A stretch of 64,000 nucleotides of DNA, from the NCBI GenBank assembly GCA_021776735.1, contig JAJFFH010000008.1:4490-68489 (forward strand), read 5' to 3'. Position 1 is the stretch's first letter. Each line of letters starts with the position of its first letter. The position numbers were made by a program, and so were the translations under genes. The notes under the pieces are model-generated. The model worked only from the letters and a program-made list of their open reading frames with translations, had not been told where the DNA came from and did not search any database. This DNA is from Planctomycetota bacterium (GTDB lineage: Bacteria > Planctomycetota > PLA2). Shown one piece after another: positions 42,855 through 52,363 of the stretch.

Positions 42855-45784
42855 GGCCGCCTCCGCAGGACGAGACGAAACCCGAATTGCGTTGCCTTGC
42901 GCGTGCGGTGCGCCCCGAGCCCGTTCTCCAACCGAAACTCGGACGGCTTGGCCGAGGCCCACGAGCCGCCGCCGAGGCGGCGAAAGTCGGGATTCGACGG
43001 GTAGGGCGTGGCGAGCCACTCCTGCACGCTGCCGGTCATGTCGTAGATGCCGCGCGGGTTGCAGTCCGTCGGGTACGACATGACTGGCTCGGGCCCCGGC
43101 TTTGCCCGCGAGAAGTTCGAGTTGGTCCACCGCGGCCAGAACACGTTGCCGAAAGCAAAGGCCCAGCTGCCCAGCCCCTGGCCCGCGCGCAGCCACTCGG
43201 CGTAGGTCGGCAGGGCGTACACCATGCCCGCCGGCGTCGCGCGGTTGCGCCACGCGACAAACGCCTCGGCGTCGTCGAAGCTGATCCCGAGTACGGGCCA
43301 GCGCGGGCGCCATGTATCGGGCAGTCGATACCGACCGTCGGATGTCTTGGGCCAGAATCCGCCTTGAGCTTCGTTGTGGGGGGCGTGGGGGCAGTACTTT
43401 CCGCGTGCCCCCGGCGCTTCGTTGATAAACGCCAGGTACTCCGCGCACGTGACCTCCCGCTCCATGATCCAAAACGGTTCGCCCCGCTCCGCGACGTGGA
43501 CGAATCCCGCCGGCGCCGCTTCCGCGGGGGGCAGCCGCACCGGCAGCTCGAGGGGGTTGGAGCCCAGCATCACGCGGACATTCCGGCAATCCGCGTGGCG
43601 AAACAGCGCGACGTACAGCGAGCTGCTCGGCAGGGCGATTCGTAACGGTGTCTTGCCCACGTATGCCGTCTTCGTCGGCAGCAGCGGGGTCGCCGTCGGG
43701 CGCAGCGCAAGTCCCTTCGGCAACGTGATCGTGACCAGACCGCCGTTGCGCCACACCTGCGCCTCGACTCCGCCGCGGGCTGCGAGCGCCTCGGGCGCGC
43801 CGACCTCGATGCCGAGGACCGCCAAGCTTTCGCCACGCACGTCGCCGGCGTGCTGGAAACGGAACACGCTGCCCTCGGTGTGGTGCGCATCCCACGCCGC
43901 GCGCACCGGGACGTCGTCGATTTGGAGGAGCCGGTCGCCGGTGGCCACCTTCGAGTTGCCCCGCAGCACGAGGACCGCGTCCCGGATCGGATGTCCGGCG
44001 AGTTTCACGATCCACCACGGCCGATCGACGACACGCAGCGCCCACGTGGCGGGGGACAATACGGGATCGCCCTGCCACGGCACCGGCACCCGCCGCCGGC
44101 TTCCGCCGGGGACCACGTCGGCCTCCTCCAAAAAGCGCCACAAGAAAACCTCGGCGCCGGGCGGATCGGTTGAGAACTCCTGCCCGTACTCGCCGTACCC
44201 GAGGTCGAGCTGTGGATCCTCGCGACGCGCCCGGTCCTTCCAGAACCGCCTGGTGACGGGGTTGTTTTCGACCTGGGAGCGGCGCTTGTACAGCCGCGCC
44301 CGCACGGCCCGCACGTTTTTCACGTCGGTGTCGAGCTGCCGGGCGCGGTGCAGCATTTCGAGCGCGCGATGGAACTTGGCGGATCGCGCAAGCTGCAGTC
44401 GCCGTACCTCGGCGCGTCCGTCGAGCAGCCGGCGCTCCTCGTCGTGGTCCAGGTGTTTGCTGGCGATGTAGGACTCGAGCACGGCAACCTCGCCTTCGAA
44501 CTTGCGCGAGTCGGACCAGTCCTGCCGCAGCTCCTCGCCGAGCGCGTCCGCGCGGGCGACCATGTCTTGGGCCCGGCCTGCGCGTTCGCGCGCCGCCCGC
44601 CAGCGCTGCACGCCAAAGATGGCGGCGCCGAGCAGAAGTGCGGTCAGCGCCATCGCGGCCGCCGGATGACGGCGAATCCAGCGCAGCGTTTTCTTGAGGG
44701 GGCCCGGGGGCCGCGCGCGGATCGGAGCGTCGTCGAGGACGGCCGTGAGATCGTCGGCAAAAGCGCGGGCCGACGCGTAGCGCGCGCGCGGCTCCTTCGC
44801 GATCGCCTTTTGCACGACGGTGTCGAGGTCGCGCGGCAGCGACGGGTCGAGCTTGCGCGGTGCGACCGGTTCCTCGATGAGGATGCGCCGCACGACCTGT
44901 TCGATGCTGCCGCCCGCGAACGGCGTGCGTCCGGTGAGCAGTTCGTAGAGCACGACGCCGAGTCCGTACACGTCCACGCGCGCGTCGATGTCGTGGCCCA
45001 TGATCTGTTCGGGCGCGGAGTAGAGCGGCGAGCCCGCGTAGGTCTGCGTGAGACCCGCCGTCGCCTCGGCGTCGCGTGCGATGCCGAAGTCGAGCAGCAA
45101 CGGCCGGCCATCGGCCGCCAGCCGAATGTTGGAGGGCTTGACATCGCGATGAACGATGCCGTGGTCGTGCGCGTGTTGCAGCGCGTCTGCGAGCGCGCGC
45201 GCCCAGCCGGCCGCCTGCCGCCACTTCGGTCGCGCCGATAGCTTGTCGAGGTTTTGTCCCTCGACAAGCTCCATCGCGATGTAGTCGTCGCCGACCTCGT
45301 GGACCTGTGCGATGTGCGGATGCGTCAGGCGGGCGGCCGCGCGTGCTTCCCGCCGGAACCGTTCAACGGTGGTGGAGGATCCAAGCAGGTCCGGGCGGAT
45401 CATCTTCAGCGCGACGCGACGCCCCAAGGACTCCTGCTCGGCGAGGTACACGCGCCCCATGCCACCTTCGCCGAGCAGCGAGAGAATGCGAAACTCGCCG
45501 ACGCTTTCCGGGATCCCGTCGTGGGCTCTCGTTTCGTTTCCGCAATCCTGCGCTTGCGCTGCGCTGCGGTAGAGCCGGTACAGCGTCTCGATCCGCGCGC
45601 GCGCCTCGCCTCCGAGTTCCGGGTATCCCGTCAGAAAACGGTCGGGCGATTCCACGTCGCCGGCGAGGCACCGGTCCAGGTAGGCGTCGTAGAGTTCCTC
45701 CTCGGTACGCGCCACGTCGCCATCGTACCGGGCGCGCGGTCCGATTCCCGGGGCCGAACAAGAAAAGGGGCCCAAGCGCACCAT
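42851..45784 (-). CDS. Ser/Thr protein kinase fused to a formylglycine-generating-enzyme (FGE-sulfatase) domain
   Basis: GEGGMGRVYLAEQ, HRDVKPSNIRL, DFGIARD, a TM near AAAMALTALLLGAAIF, and C-terminal ALPTYAEWLRAGQG, RRLGGGSWAS. Start set at ATG 45784, because the longer ORF would overlap the gene at 45979. Confidence 0.9.
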   Translation of the reverse strand: MVRLGPFSCSAPGIGPRARYDGDVARTEEELYDAYLDRCLAGDVESPDRFLTGYPELGGEARARIETLYRLYRSAAQAQDCGNETRAHDGIPESVGEFRILSLLGEGGMGRVYLAEQESLGRRVALKMIRPDLLGSSTTVERFRREARAAARLTHPHIAQVHEVGDDYIAMELVEGQNLDKLSARPKWRQAAGWARALADALQHAHDHGIVHRDVKPSNIRLAADGRPLLLDFGIARDAEATAGLTQTYAGSPLYSAPEQIMGHDIDARVDVYGLGVVLYELLTGRTPFAGGSIEQVVRRILIEEPVAPRKLDPSLPRDLDTVVQKAIAKEPRARYASARAFADDLTAVLDDAPIRARPPGPLKKTLRWIRRHPAAAMALTALLLGAAIFGVQRWRAARERAGRAQDMVARADALGEELRQDWSDSRKFEGEVAVLESYIASKHLDHDEERRLLDGRAEVRRLQLARSAKFHRALEMLHRARQLDTDVKNVRAVRARLYKRRSQVENNPVTRRFWKDRARREDPQLDLGYGEYGQEFSTDPPGAEVFLWRFLEEADVVPGGSRRRVPVPWQGDPVLSPATWALRVVDRPWWIVKLAGHPIRDAVLVLRGNSKVATGDRLLQIDDVPVRAAWDAHHTEGSVFRFQHAGDVRGESLAVLGIEVGAPEALAARGGVEAQVWRNGGLVTITLPKGLALRPTATPLLPTKTAYVGKTPLRIALPSSSLYVALFRHADCRNVRVMLGSNPLELPVRLPPAEAAPAGFVHVAERGEPFWIMEREVTCAEYLAFINEAPGARGKYCPHAPHNEAQGGFWPKTSDGRYRLPDTWRPRWPVLGISFDDAEAFVAWRNRATPAGMVYALPTYAEWLRAGQGLGSWAFAFGNVFWPRWTNSNFSRAKPGPEPVMSYPTDCNPRGIYDMTGSVQEWLATPYPSNPDFRRLGGGSWASAKPSEFRLENGLGAHRTRKATQFGFRLVLRRRP

Positions 45785-45966
45785 TGCGCGCGGCCCCCGG
45801 TGTTGCCCGCCCGCCTCGGGGGCGCCGCGGGTGGAGCTCTTGGCGCCGCCCGACCATCCGGATCGGCCCGGTCCATTCCCGTAGTTGCGAAGCGTGCCCC
45901 AAGACCGAACAGCCCAGCGGAAGAAAACAAGCGAGTGCGCCCGTGCCGGGTCCGGTCGTAACTCGC

Positions 45967-45972
45967 TACACT
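45967..45972 (+). promoter_or_regulatory. -10-like hexamer TACACT, 6 nt before ATG 45979
   Basis: TAnnnT hexamer at leaderless-type spacing. Confidence 0.45.
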
Positions 45973-45978
45973 GCAGCG

Positions 45979-46344
45979 ATGCACGTCCGGATGATCGCGG
46001 TGGCGGCGGTCCTTGTCGGCTGTGCACGGTCGGAAACGGAGACACCGATGAATACGGACGCTCGCTGGTGGCAGTTGCTCGATGCCACAGTTCCTGCCCG
46101 CGGTGCGGGCACGGACGAGCACGCGCAGGCCGTCACCAACCTCATGCCCGGGAGCCACGAACGCGGATCGTGTGAATCCCTCCTTTATGCCGCGGCAGAG
46201 GCCCACGAGGCGAAGACGGACGGCGAGGAGTTGCCCTGGGACGACTCCGTGGCGCGCAAGACCGAGCCGGACGGCGAGCGCTGGGACGAGCGCCGCGTTC
46301 ACGAGCTGTGCCCGGAGCTCGCCAAGCGCTTCAATTGGAAGTAG
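45979..46344 (+). CDS. small lipoprotein (121 aa)
   Basis: MHVRMIAVAAVLVGC lipobox; acidic mature part. No domain recognised. Confidence 0.6.
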   Translation: MHVRMIAVAAVLVGCARSETETPMNTDARWWQLLDATVPARGAGTDEHAQAVTNLMPGSHERGSCESLLYAAAEAHEAKTDGEELPWDDSVARKTEPDGERWDERRVHELCPELAKRFNWK

Positions 46345-46450
46345 TCGCGGGCGCTGTTCGGACAAAGGGCGCCTCCGAGGCGTCTCCGCCCTCCCACTAC
46401 GGACCGGACGCACCACCGAACCCGGCTTGCGGCCAGTGGTAGCACAAGAC

Positions 46451-47197
46451 ATGCCCCCGTGGTTCGAACACGCGTCGTTCTGGCAGGACTTCGAGTCGAT
46501 GATGTTTGACGCCGCGCGTTTCGAGGAGGCACCCGCGCAGGTCGATTGGATCGTCCGGGCGAGCGGGGTGGATGCCCCCGGACCGGTTCTTGATCTGTGC
46601 TGTGGCGTGGGGCGTCACACCCTGGAGTTCGCGCGCCGCGGCTACGAAGTCACCGGCGTGGATCGGTGCGAGCCGTATCTTGATCGTGCGCGAGTCGCCG
46701 CGGCGGAGGAGGGCGTGTCCGCGACCTGGGTGCCGGACGACATGCGGCGTTTCCGGCGCGAGGGGGCGTTCGCGCTCGCGATCAACCTGTTCACGTCGTT
46801 CGGCTACTTCGACGATCCCGCGGAAGACGCGCTCGTGGCGCGCAATGTGTGCGCATCCCTGCGCCCCGGCGGCCGATTCGTCCTTGAGATCAAGGGCAAG
46901 GAGCCGCTGGCGCGTGTGTTTCGCCCTTGCCTTTCCAGGCGCTTGGCGGATGGGAGCCTCTTCGTGCAGGAATCGAGACTGATCGATGCCTGGGAGCGCT
47001 GCGAAACGCGATGGCTCGTGATTCGGCCGGACGGCGAGCGCATCGTGGGAACCCTCACGACCCGGCTGTATTCCGCGACCGAATTGCGCGCGCTCCTCCT
47101 CACGGTCGGATTCGAGACCGTGGAATTCTACGGCGACCTGGCCGGGGCCCCGTTCGATCACACCGCCACACGCCTGGTCGCCCTGGCCACCCGTTAG
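46451..47197 (+). CDS. class I SAM-dependent methyltransferase
   Basis: Motif I VLDLCCGVGRHTLEFARRGYEVTGVD and post-I/II segments (FALAINLFTSFGYF, LRPGGRFVLE). Confidence 0.85.
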   Translation: MPPWFEHASFWQDFESMMFDAARFEEAPAQVDWIVRASGVDAPGPVLDLCCGVGRHTLEFARRGYEVTGVDRCEPYLDRARVAAAEEGVSATWVPDDMRRFRREGAFALAINLFTSFGYFDDPAEDALVARNVCASLRPGGRFVLEIKGKEPLARVFRPCLSRRLADGSLFVQESRLIDAWERCETRWLVIRPDGERIVGTLTTRLYSATELRALLLTVGFETVEFYGDLAGAPFDHTATRLVALATR

Positions 47198-47308
47198 GCC
47201 CGGGGCGAGCGGCCAGGTTCGCCTCCCGATCGGACAGGTGCGTGGCCCCCTCCCTCCCCGCTCCTCTCGTACCGGCTCCTGTCGTCCCATACCTTTGGTT
47301 TGACTAAC

Positions 47309-47314
47309 TAAAAT
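47309..47314 (+). promoter_or_regulatory. -10-like hexamer TAAAAT, 8 nt before ATG 47323
   Basis: Lies in the only markedly AT-rich stretch of the window (47295-47322). Confidence 0.5.
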
Positions 47315-47322
47315 AAAATGGC

Positions 47323-47823
47323 ATGCTTCATCACGTGAAGCGAATGGTCGCGCAGGTGCTGGATGCCTATCCCAGGATTTACTTCGCCTGTCATGCGCGG
47401 CATCGGCGGGATCCGGTGTCGAAGGCAGTGCTCTCGGAGCGGCAGGCGAGCATCCTCGACCATCTCGACGGCGTACGGCCGATGAGCGTGACGGAGTTGG
47501 CGGATCATTTCGGGGTCACGCTGGCGACGATGTCGGTGACCGTCGCGCGGCTGGTGCGCGACGGGTACGTCAAGAAAAAGGCGGCGCGCGGCGATCGACG
47601 GCGTGCCGAATTGCGATTAACGGCAGCGGGGGAGCGCATGAAGGCGGCGATGCAGGTGCTCGAGCCGGAGCTTGTCGCGTCGCTCTTGCGCGAACTCAAA
47701 CCCGTGGAGCGGCGGCAGGCGCTTGCGGGACTCCGGTTGCTCGCGAGTGCGGCGGACGACAGCTATCGCCGGCGCAAGAAGGACCAAAAAGAGGACCACA
47801 GACAGGACCGGATCAAGACGTAG
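47323..47823 (+). CDS. MarR-family transcriptional regulator
   Basis: Winged-HTH core LSERQASILDHLDGVRPMSVTELADHFGVTLATMSVTVARLVRDGYVKKKAARGDRRRAELRLTAAGE. Confidence 0.85.
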   Translation: MLHHVKRMVAQVLDAYPRIYFACHARHRRDPVSKAVLSERQASILDHLDGVRPMSVTELADHFGVTLATMSVTVARLVRDGYVKKKAARGDRRRAELRLTAAGERMKAAMQVLEPELVASLLRELKPVERRQALAGLRLLASAADDSYRRRKKDQKEDHRQDRIKT

Positions 47824-47832
47824 GGAGGAACC

Positions 47833-48342
47833 ATGCAGTGGCTTTGGATCGGACTCGGCGTTCTTGCGGGAGTCATTCTCGTCATCGTGGTTTGGGGCGC
47901 ACTCCTGCCCAAGGGGCACTCTTGCACCGTGGCGCGCGCCTATCGCGCGACGCCGGACAAGGTGTGGGCGCTCATCACCGGGGTGGAGGACTTCCCGCGC
48001 TGGCGCAAGGATCTGAAATCCGTCGACGTGCACGAGCGTGATGCCGACGGAGCGCCGGTGGCGTGGACGGAGCACTCGAGCTTCGGCCCATTGCCCTTGC
48101 GCAACGTGGAGTTCGAGGCTCCGCTGCGGTTGGTTGGGCGCATCGACACCGACAAGCTTCCGTTCGGCGGTACATGGACGTACACGATCGAGAACTTGGG
48201 CGATGGTCAGGTCCGCCTGTCGATCACCGAGGATGGCGAGGTCACGAACGTCGTTTTTCGCTTCTTGTCGCGCTACGCGTTCGGTCACGACAAAACCATG
48301 AAGGCGTACCACGGCTTTTTGGCCGCGGAACTCGAAAGCTAA
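47833..48342 (+). CDS. SRPBCC (START/polyketide-cyclase-like) family protein with N-terminal TM
   Basis: ATPDKVWALITGVEDFPRWRKDLKSV..., LSITEDGEVTNVVFRFLSRY. GGGAGGA Shine-Dalgarno upstream. Follows the MarR gene. Confidence 0.7.
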   Translation: MQWLWIGLGVLAGVILVIVVWGALLPKGHSCTVARAYRATPDKVWALITGVEDFPRWRKDLKSVDVHERDADGAPVAWTEHSSFGPLPLRNVEFEAPLRLVGRIDTDKLPFGGTWTYTIENLGDGQVRLSITEDGEVTNVVFRFLSRYAFGHDKTMKAYHGFLAAELES

Positions 48343-48346
48343 GGCC

Positions 48347-48787
48347 ATGGCCGGCTACTCGGGAACCCCGCTGCCCAAAAAACTCGGCATCAAGGAGGGC
48401 CATCGCGTTCTTCTGCAGCGTGCTGCCGGGTTTCGTCTCGACAGGTCTTCGGCGGGCGGGCTTCCGCCGGACGTTCGGTTGCTGTCACGTCGGAGCGCGG
48501 GCGCGAGCTACGACGTGATCCTCGCGTTTTGCGGCGACAGGAAAACGCTCGCCGAATTGTTGCCGCGCTGCCTCGGCGTGCTGCCCGCGGACGGCGCGCT
48601 CTGGCTTTGCTGGCCCAAGAAAAGCAGCGGCGTGAAGACCGACGTGGGCGAAGCCGACATCCGCGCGGCGGGGCTCTCCGCGGGGGTGGTGGATGTAAAG
48701 ATCTGCGCGATCGACGAGACCTGGTCGGGCCTGAAGTTCGTGGTGCGCGTGAAGGATCGTCCCGAGTGGCCCTCGGTGGGGACGTAG
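48347..48787 (+). CDS. DUF3052-family protein
   Basis: MAGYSGTPLPKKLGIKEGHRVLL... and LWLCWPKKSSGVKTDV match my memory of DUF3052. Confidence 0.75.
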   Translation: MAGYSGTPLPKKLGIKEGHRVLLQRAAGFRLDRSSAGGLPPDVRLLSRRSAGASYDVILAFCGDRKTLAELLPRCLGVLPADGALWLCWPKKSSGVKTDVGEADIRAAGLSAGVVDVKICAIDETWSGLKFVVRVKDRPEWPSVGT

Positions 48788-48791
48788 TCGA

Positions 48792-48810
48792 GACATCGCC
48801 GTCCGTCTGC
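48792..48810 (+). repeat. ATCGCCGTCCGT motif copy (exact core 48795-48806, top strand)
   Basis: GACATCGCCGTCCGTCTGC; 4 nt after stop 48787 and 72 nt before ATG 48883. Confidence 0.9.
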
Positions 48811-48882
48811 TTTCTTGCAGCGTTTCGGCCCAGGCCGACCCCTTTGCGGTGGCACGAGGGTTCCGTGTTACGGTGCCGCGGG

Positions 48883-49587
48883 ATGGAACCGCGAGAGGCC
48901 GCTTCGCAAGAACTGCTCAAGATGCAGCTCGGCTCCGGCGACGACGACTGGACGCCGACGCCGCATGGCCGGCTTCTCGCACACTCTCTTGCGGGGCGCA
49001 ACCTTGTCGCGGACCGGGAGGTTTTGGAGCTCGGGGCCGGCGTCGGGAATCACACGATTCTTCTCGTGCGGCAGGGAGCGAAACGCGTCGTCGCCACCGA
49101 GATCACGAAAAGCCGTCTGGACACGACCCGCCGCAACGTCGAGCGGAACTGTTCGAGGACCGGGCACGTCGAGTACCGGGTTGCCGACTGGTTGCAAACC
49201 GACGGGCGGTTCGACGTGATCGTGGCCAATCCGCCGTTTGCGCAGAGCGGCAAACGCAACCGGCGCTATTTCATCGACTCGCTGATCCTCGACGCGCACA
49301 AGCGCTTGCGCGAGGGGGGCCTGTTGGTGTTTGTCCAGTCGTCGATGGCGGACCTCGCCAAGACCAGGATCCGCCTTGCGGAGAACGGCTACGAACCGGA
49401 GGTTCTGGAGTCGACGCAAGGGCCGTTTCGAGACTACTATCTCGCGGACGAGACCTTCATGCAGGAGATTTCGTCGGTTGAGAACGGCTTTGAACTGCGT
49501 GACGGGGTGTACTACGAGACCCTGTGTGTGATCGCGGCACGGCTCGTGCCCTGGTCGCCGCCCGCAACCGCCCATTTGCCGCCGTAG
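48883..49587 (+). CDS. SAM-dependent methyltransferase (NPPF-motif, HemK/PrmC-like small-domain type)
   Basis: VLELGAGVGNHTILLV (motif I) and DVIVANPPFAQSG (motif IV NPPF). Confidence 0.8.
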   Translation: MEPREAASQELLKMQLGSGDDDWTPTPHGRLLAHSLAGRNLVADREVLELGAGVGNHTILLVRQGAKRVVATEITKSRLDTTRRNVERNCSRTGHVEYRVADWLQTDGRFDVIVANPPFAQSGKRNRRYFIDSLILDAHKRLREGGLLVFVQSSMADLAKTRIRLAENGYEPEVLESTQGPFRDYYLADETFMQEISSVENGFELRDGVYYETLCVIAARLVPWSPPATAHLPP

Positions 49588-49609
49588 GAAAGCAACAAGA
49601 GGAGCAGTC

Positions 49610-50593
49610 ATGCGTCTAGGTGGTCTGTTGATCGCGGTCATCATCGTGTTGGCCATCGTGTTCGTGGCCCGACGGGGTGACGACGAAACGGTGATCGTCT
49701 ATGCCGGATCGAAGTGGTACGGCCACGCGCCGGTCTGGGTGGGGCTGCGCAAGGGCATCTTCAAGAAGCACGGCTTTCACGTGCGCAAGGAAGCGTTCGG
49801 CGGAAGCGCGGACCGGATCAACGCTTTGGCAGCCGGCAACGCGCAGTTCGCGAGCCTCGGTGAGGTGGCGATGCTGGCGGCGATGTCGCGCGGCAACCGC
49901 GACTTTTTCTGGATCGGGTGCCACAACATCGCACCGGGCAACGAGGGACTCGTCGCGATCGGCATCGACTCGATCGAGGGACTGCGGGGCAAAGAGATCG
50001 CGCTCTACGAGAACACCTCGGTGCATCTCACGATTGCGCTGCTGCTGAAGGACGCGGGACTCGACCTGCGCAAGGATGTCGAGGTGTTGAACGCGCAGGA
50101 TTCGGCGGTCGTGGATCTGGTGCGCAAGGGCGATGCCGTCGCGGGCGGGATGTGGGAGCCGTTTTATTCCGACCTGCGCAACCTGCCGGGCGCGCGCATT
50201 CTTGGCACGGACATGGACACGTCGATCTACAAGCGGTTCAAGATGATGACCGGGCCGGATGTCTTGTGTGCCTCCAAGGCGTGGGTCGATGCCGACACCG
50301 AGCGGGCCAAGCGATTCTTTCGGGCGTATTTCGAGGCCGTGCAGTGGTGTCGGGACCACCCCGAGGAACTGGTCAAGATCGTCATGGACGAGGTGCGCAA
50401 GCCGGAGGCAGAGGTTCGGGCGGTGCTCAAGAACTTCAAATGGAACGGCTGGGGGGCGCAAAAAGCGATGATGAGCGACGCGCGCATGTTCGGCCAGGCA
50501 AACGCGGTTTCCGAGCTGCTCCGCGAGATGGGCCGCATCGATCAGATCCCGCCGTTTCGCGAGTGGACCAAAGTCGACTGGTTTTTTGAATGA
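49610..50593 (+). CDS. ABC transporter substrate-binding protein (NMT1/SsuA/TauA-like)
   Basis: N-terminal anchor MRLGGLLIAVIIVLAIVFV. GAGGAG Shine-Dalgarno. Followed by a cognate permease and ATPase; the family call rests mainly on operon context and overall pattern. Confidence 0.75.
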   Translation: MRLGGLLIAVIIVLAIVFVARRGDDETVIVYAGSKWYGHAPVWVGLRKGIFKKHGFHVRKEAFGGSADRINALAAGNAQFASLGEVAMLAAMSRGNRDFFWIGCHNIAPGNEGLVAIGIDSIEGLRGKEIALYENTSVHLTIALLLKDAGLDLRKDVEVLNAQDSAVVDLVRKGDAVAGGMWEPFYSDLRNLPGARILGTDMDTSIYKRFKMMTGPDVLCASKAWVDADTERAKRFFRAYFEAVQWCRDHPEELVKIVMDEVRKPEAEVRAVLKNFKWNGWGAQKAMMSDARMFGQANAVSELLREMGRIDQIPPFREWTKVDWFFE

Positions 50594-51518
50594 CCGGGTT
50601 CCCGCCGCGGATCACGCAGGGAAAACGGATCCTCTTCGGCACGATCGGCATCGTCTCGGTGCTCGTTGTCTGGTGGCTGCTGACGCTGCCGGTTTTCGAT
50701 GAGACCCGTGAGCGGCGCCTCCCCGTGAAGACGGGCGCAACCGAGAAAGTGCACGATCCGGTCACCGGCGACTTTATCGAGGTCGAGCGGATTCGATACG
50801 AGACCCGAACCGAGAGCGTGCGCCGCGCGCTCGTGAACCCGCCCGCGCTCGACACCCCGGGCAACACCGCGCGCGACGCGTGGGAGCTGTTGTTTCACTC
50901 CGGCCCGAACCCGTCGTTGTTTCAGCACGTCCTCTGGTCGTCGCTGCGGATTATCCTCGGGTTCCTGATCTCCGCGGCGATCGCGGTACCGCTCGGCGTG
51001 GCGATGGGGTTGTTCCCGCGCCTGCATGCCACGCTGAATCCCATCGTGAGTTTCCTGCGCCCGCTGCCCTCGATTTCCTGGGTGCCGCTCGCGATCATCT
51101 GGCTCGGCGCGGGCGAACTGCAGAAACTCGCGATCATTTTCATGGGAAGTTTTTCCGCCGCGCTGATCTACACCGTCGAAGCCACGGTGCGCGTCGATCC
51201 CACGCTCATCCGCGCCGCCCAAAACCTCGGTGTCGGCAAACGACACCTGCTCTGGAGGGTGCTCTTGCCCGCCGCGCTCCCCTCGATCCTCAGCGGCCTC
51301 AAGGTCGTCATGGCGATCGGCTGGACGTGCGTCATCTCGGCGGAGATCGTCGGCACCCAGATCGGTCTCGGCAGCCTGATCTGGCAATCCAAGGAGACCT
51401 CGCACACGGCAGCGGTGCTTGTGGGCATGGCGTGCATCAGCTGCGTCGTGTTGATCATGGACACGCTGTTCGCCCGGCTCGAGCGCCGCCTTGTTCCGTG
51501 GATGCACGCGGGGGACAA

Positions 51519-51522
<4 letters not shown>
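50590..51522 (+). CDS. ABC transporter permease (SsuC/TauC-like)
   Basis: Six TM segments and an EAA-loop-like IRAAQNLGVGKRHLLWRVLLPAALPSIL. 4-nt overlaps on both sides. Confidence 0.9.
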
Positions 51523-52319
<797 letters not shown>

Positions 52320-52337
52320 CGGACAAAGAGGGCGTCA

Positions 52338-52356
52338 GGAACGGACGGCGATGTTC
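52338..52356 (-). repeat. ATCGCCGTCCGT motif copy (exact core 52341-52352, bottom strand)
   Basis: GGAACGGACGGCGATGTTC, between the convergent stops 52319 and 52364. Flanks resemble the copy at 3990. Confidence 0.9.
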
Positions 52357-52363
52357 TTGGAGC

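Noticed and set aside
42851-46045. The full 1064-aa version of the kinase ORF, starting at 46045.
   Set aside because: Its first 87 codons are low-complexity and would overlap the well-supported lipoprotein gene at 45979. ATG 45784 precedes the conserved N-terminal region.
47300-47320. Canonical sigma-70 promoter TTGACT (47300-47305) paired with TAAAAT upstream of the MarR gene.
   Set aside because: The spacer between TTGACT and either TAAAAT hexamer is only 3 or 8 nt, incompatible with a -35/-10 pair. Only the -10-like hexamer is retained.
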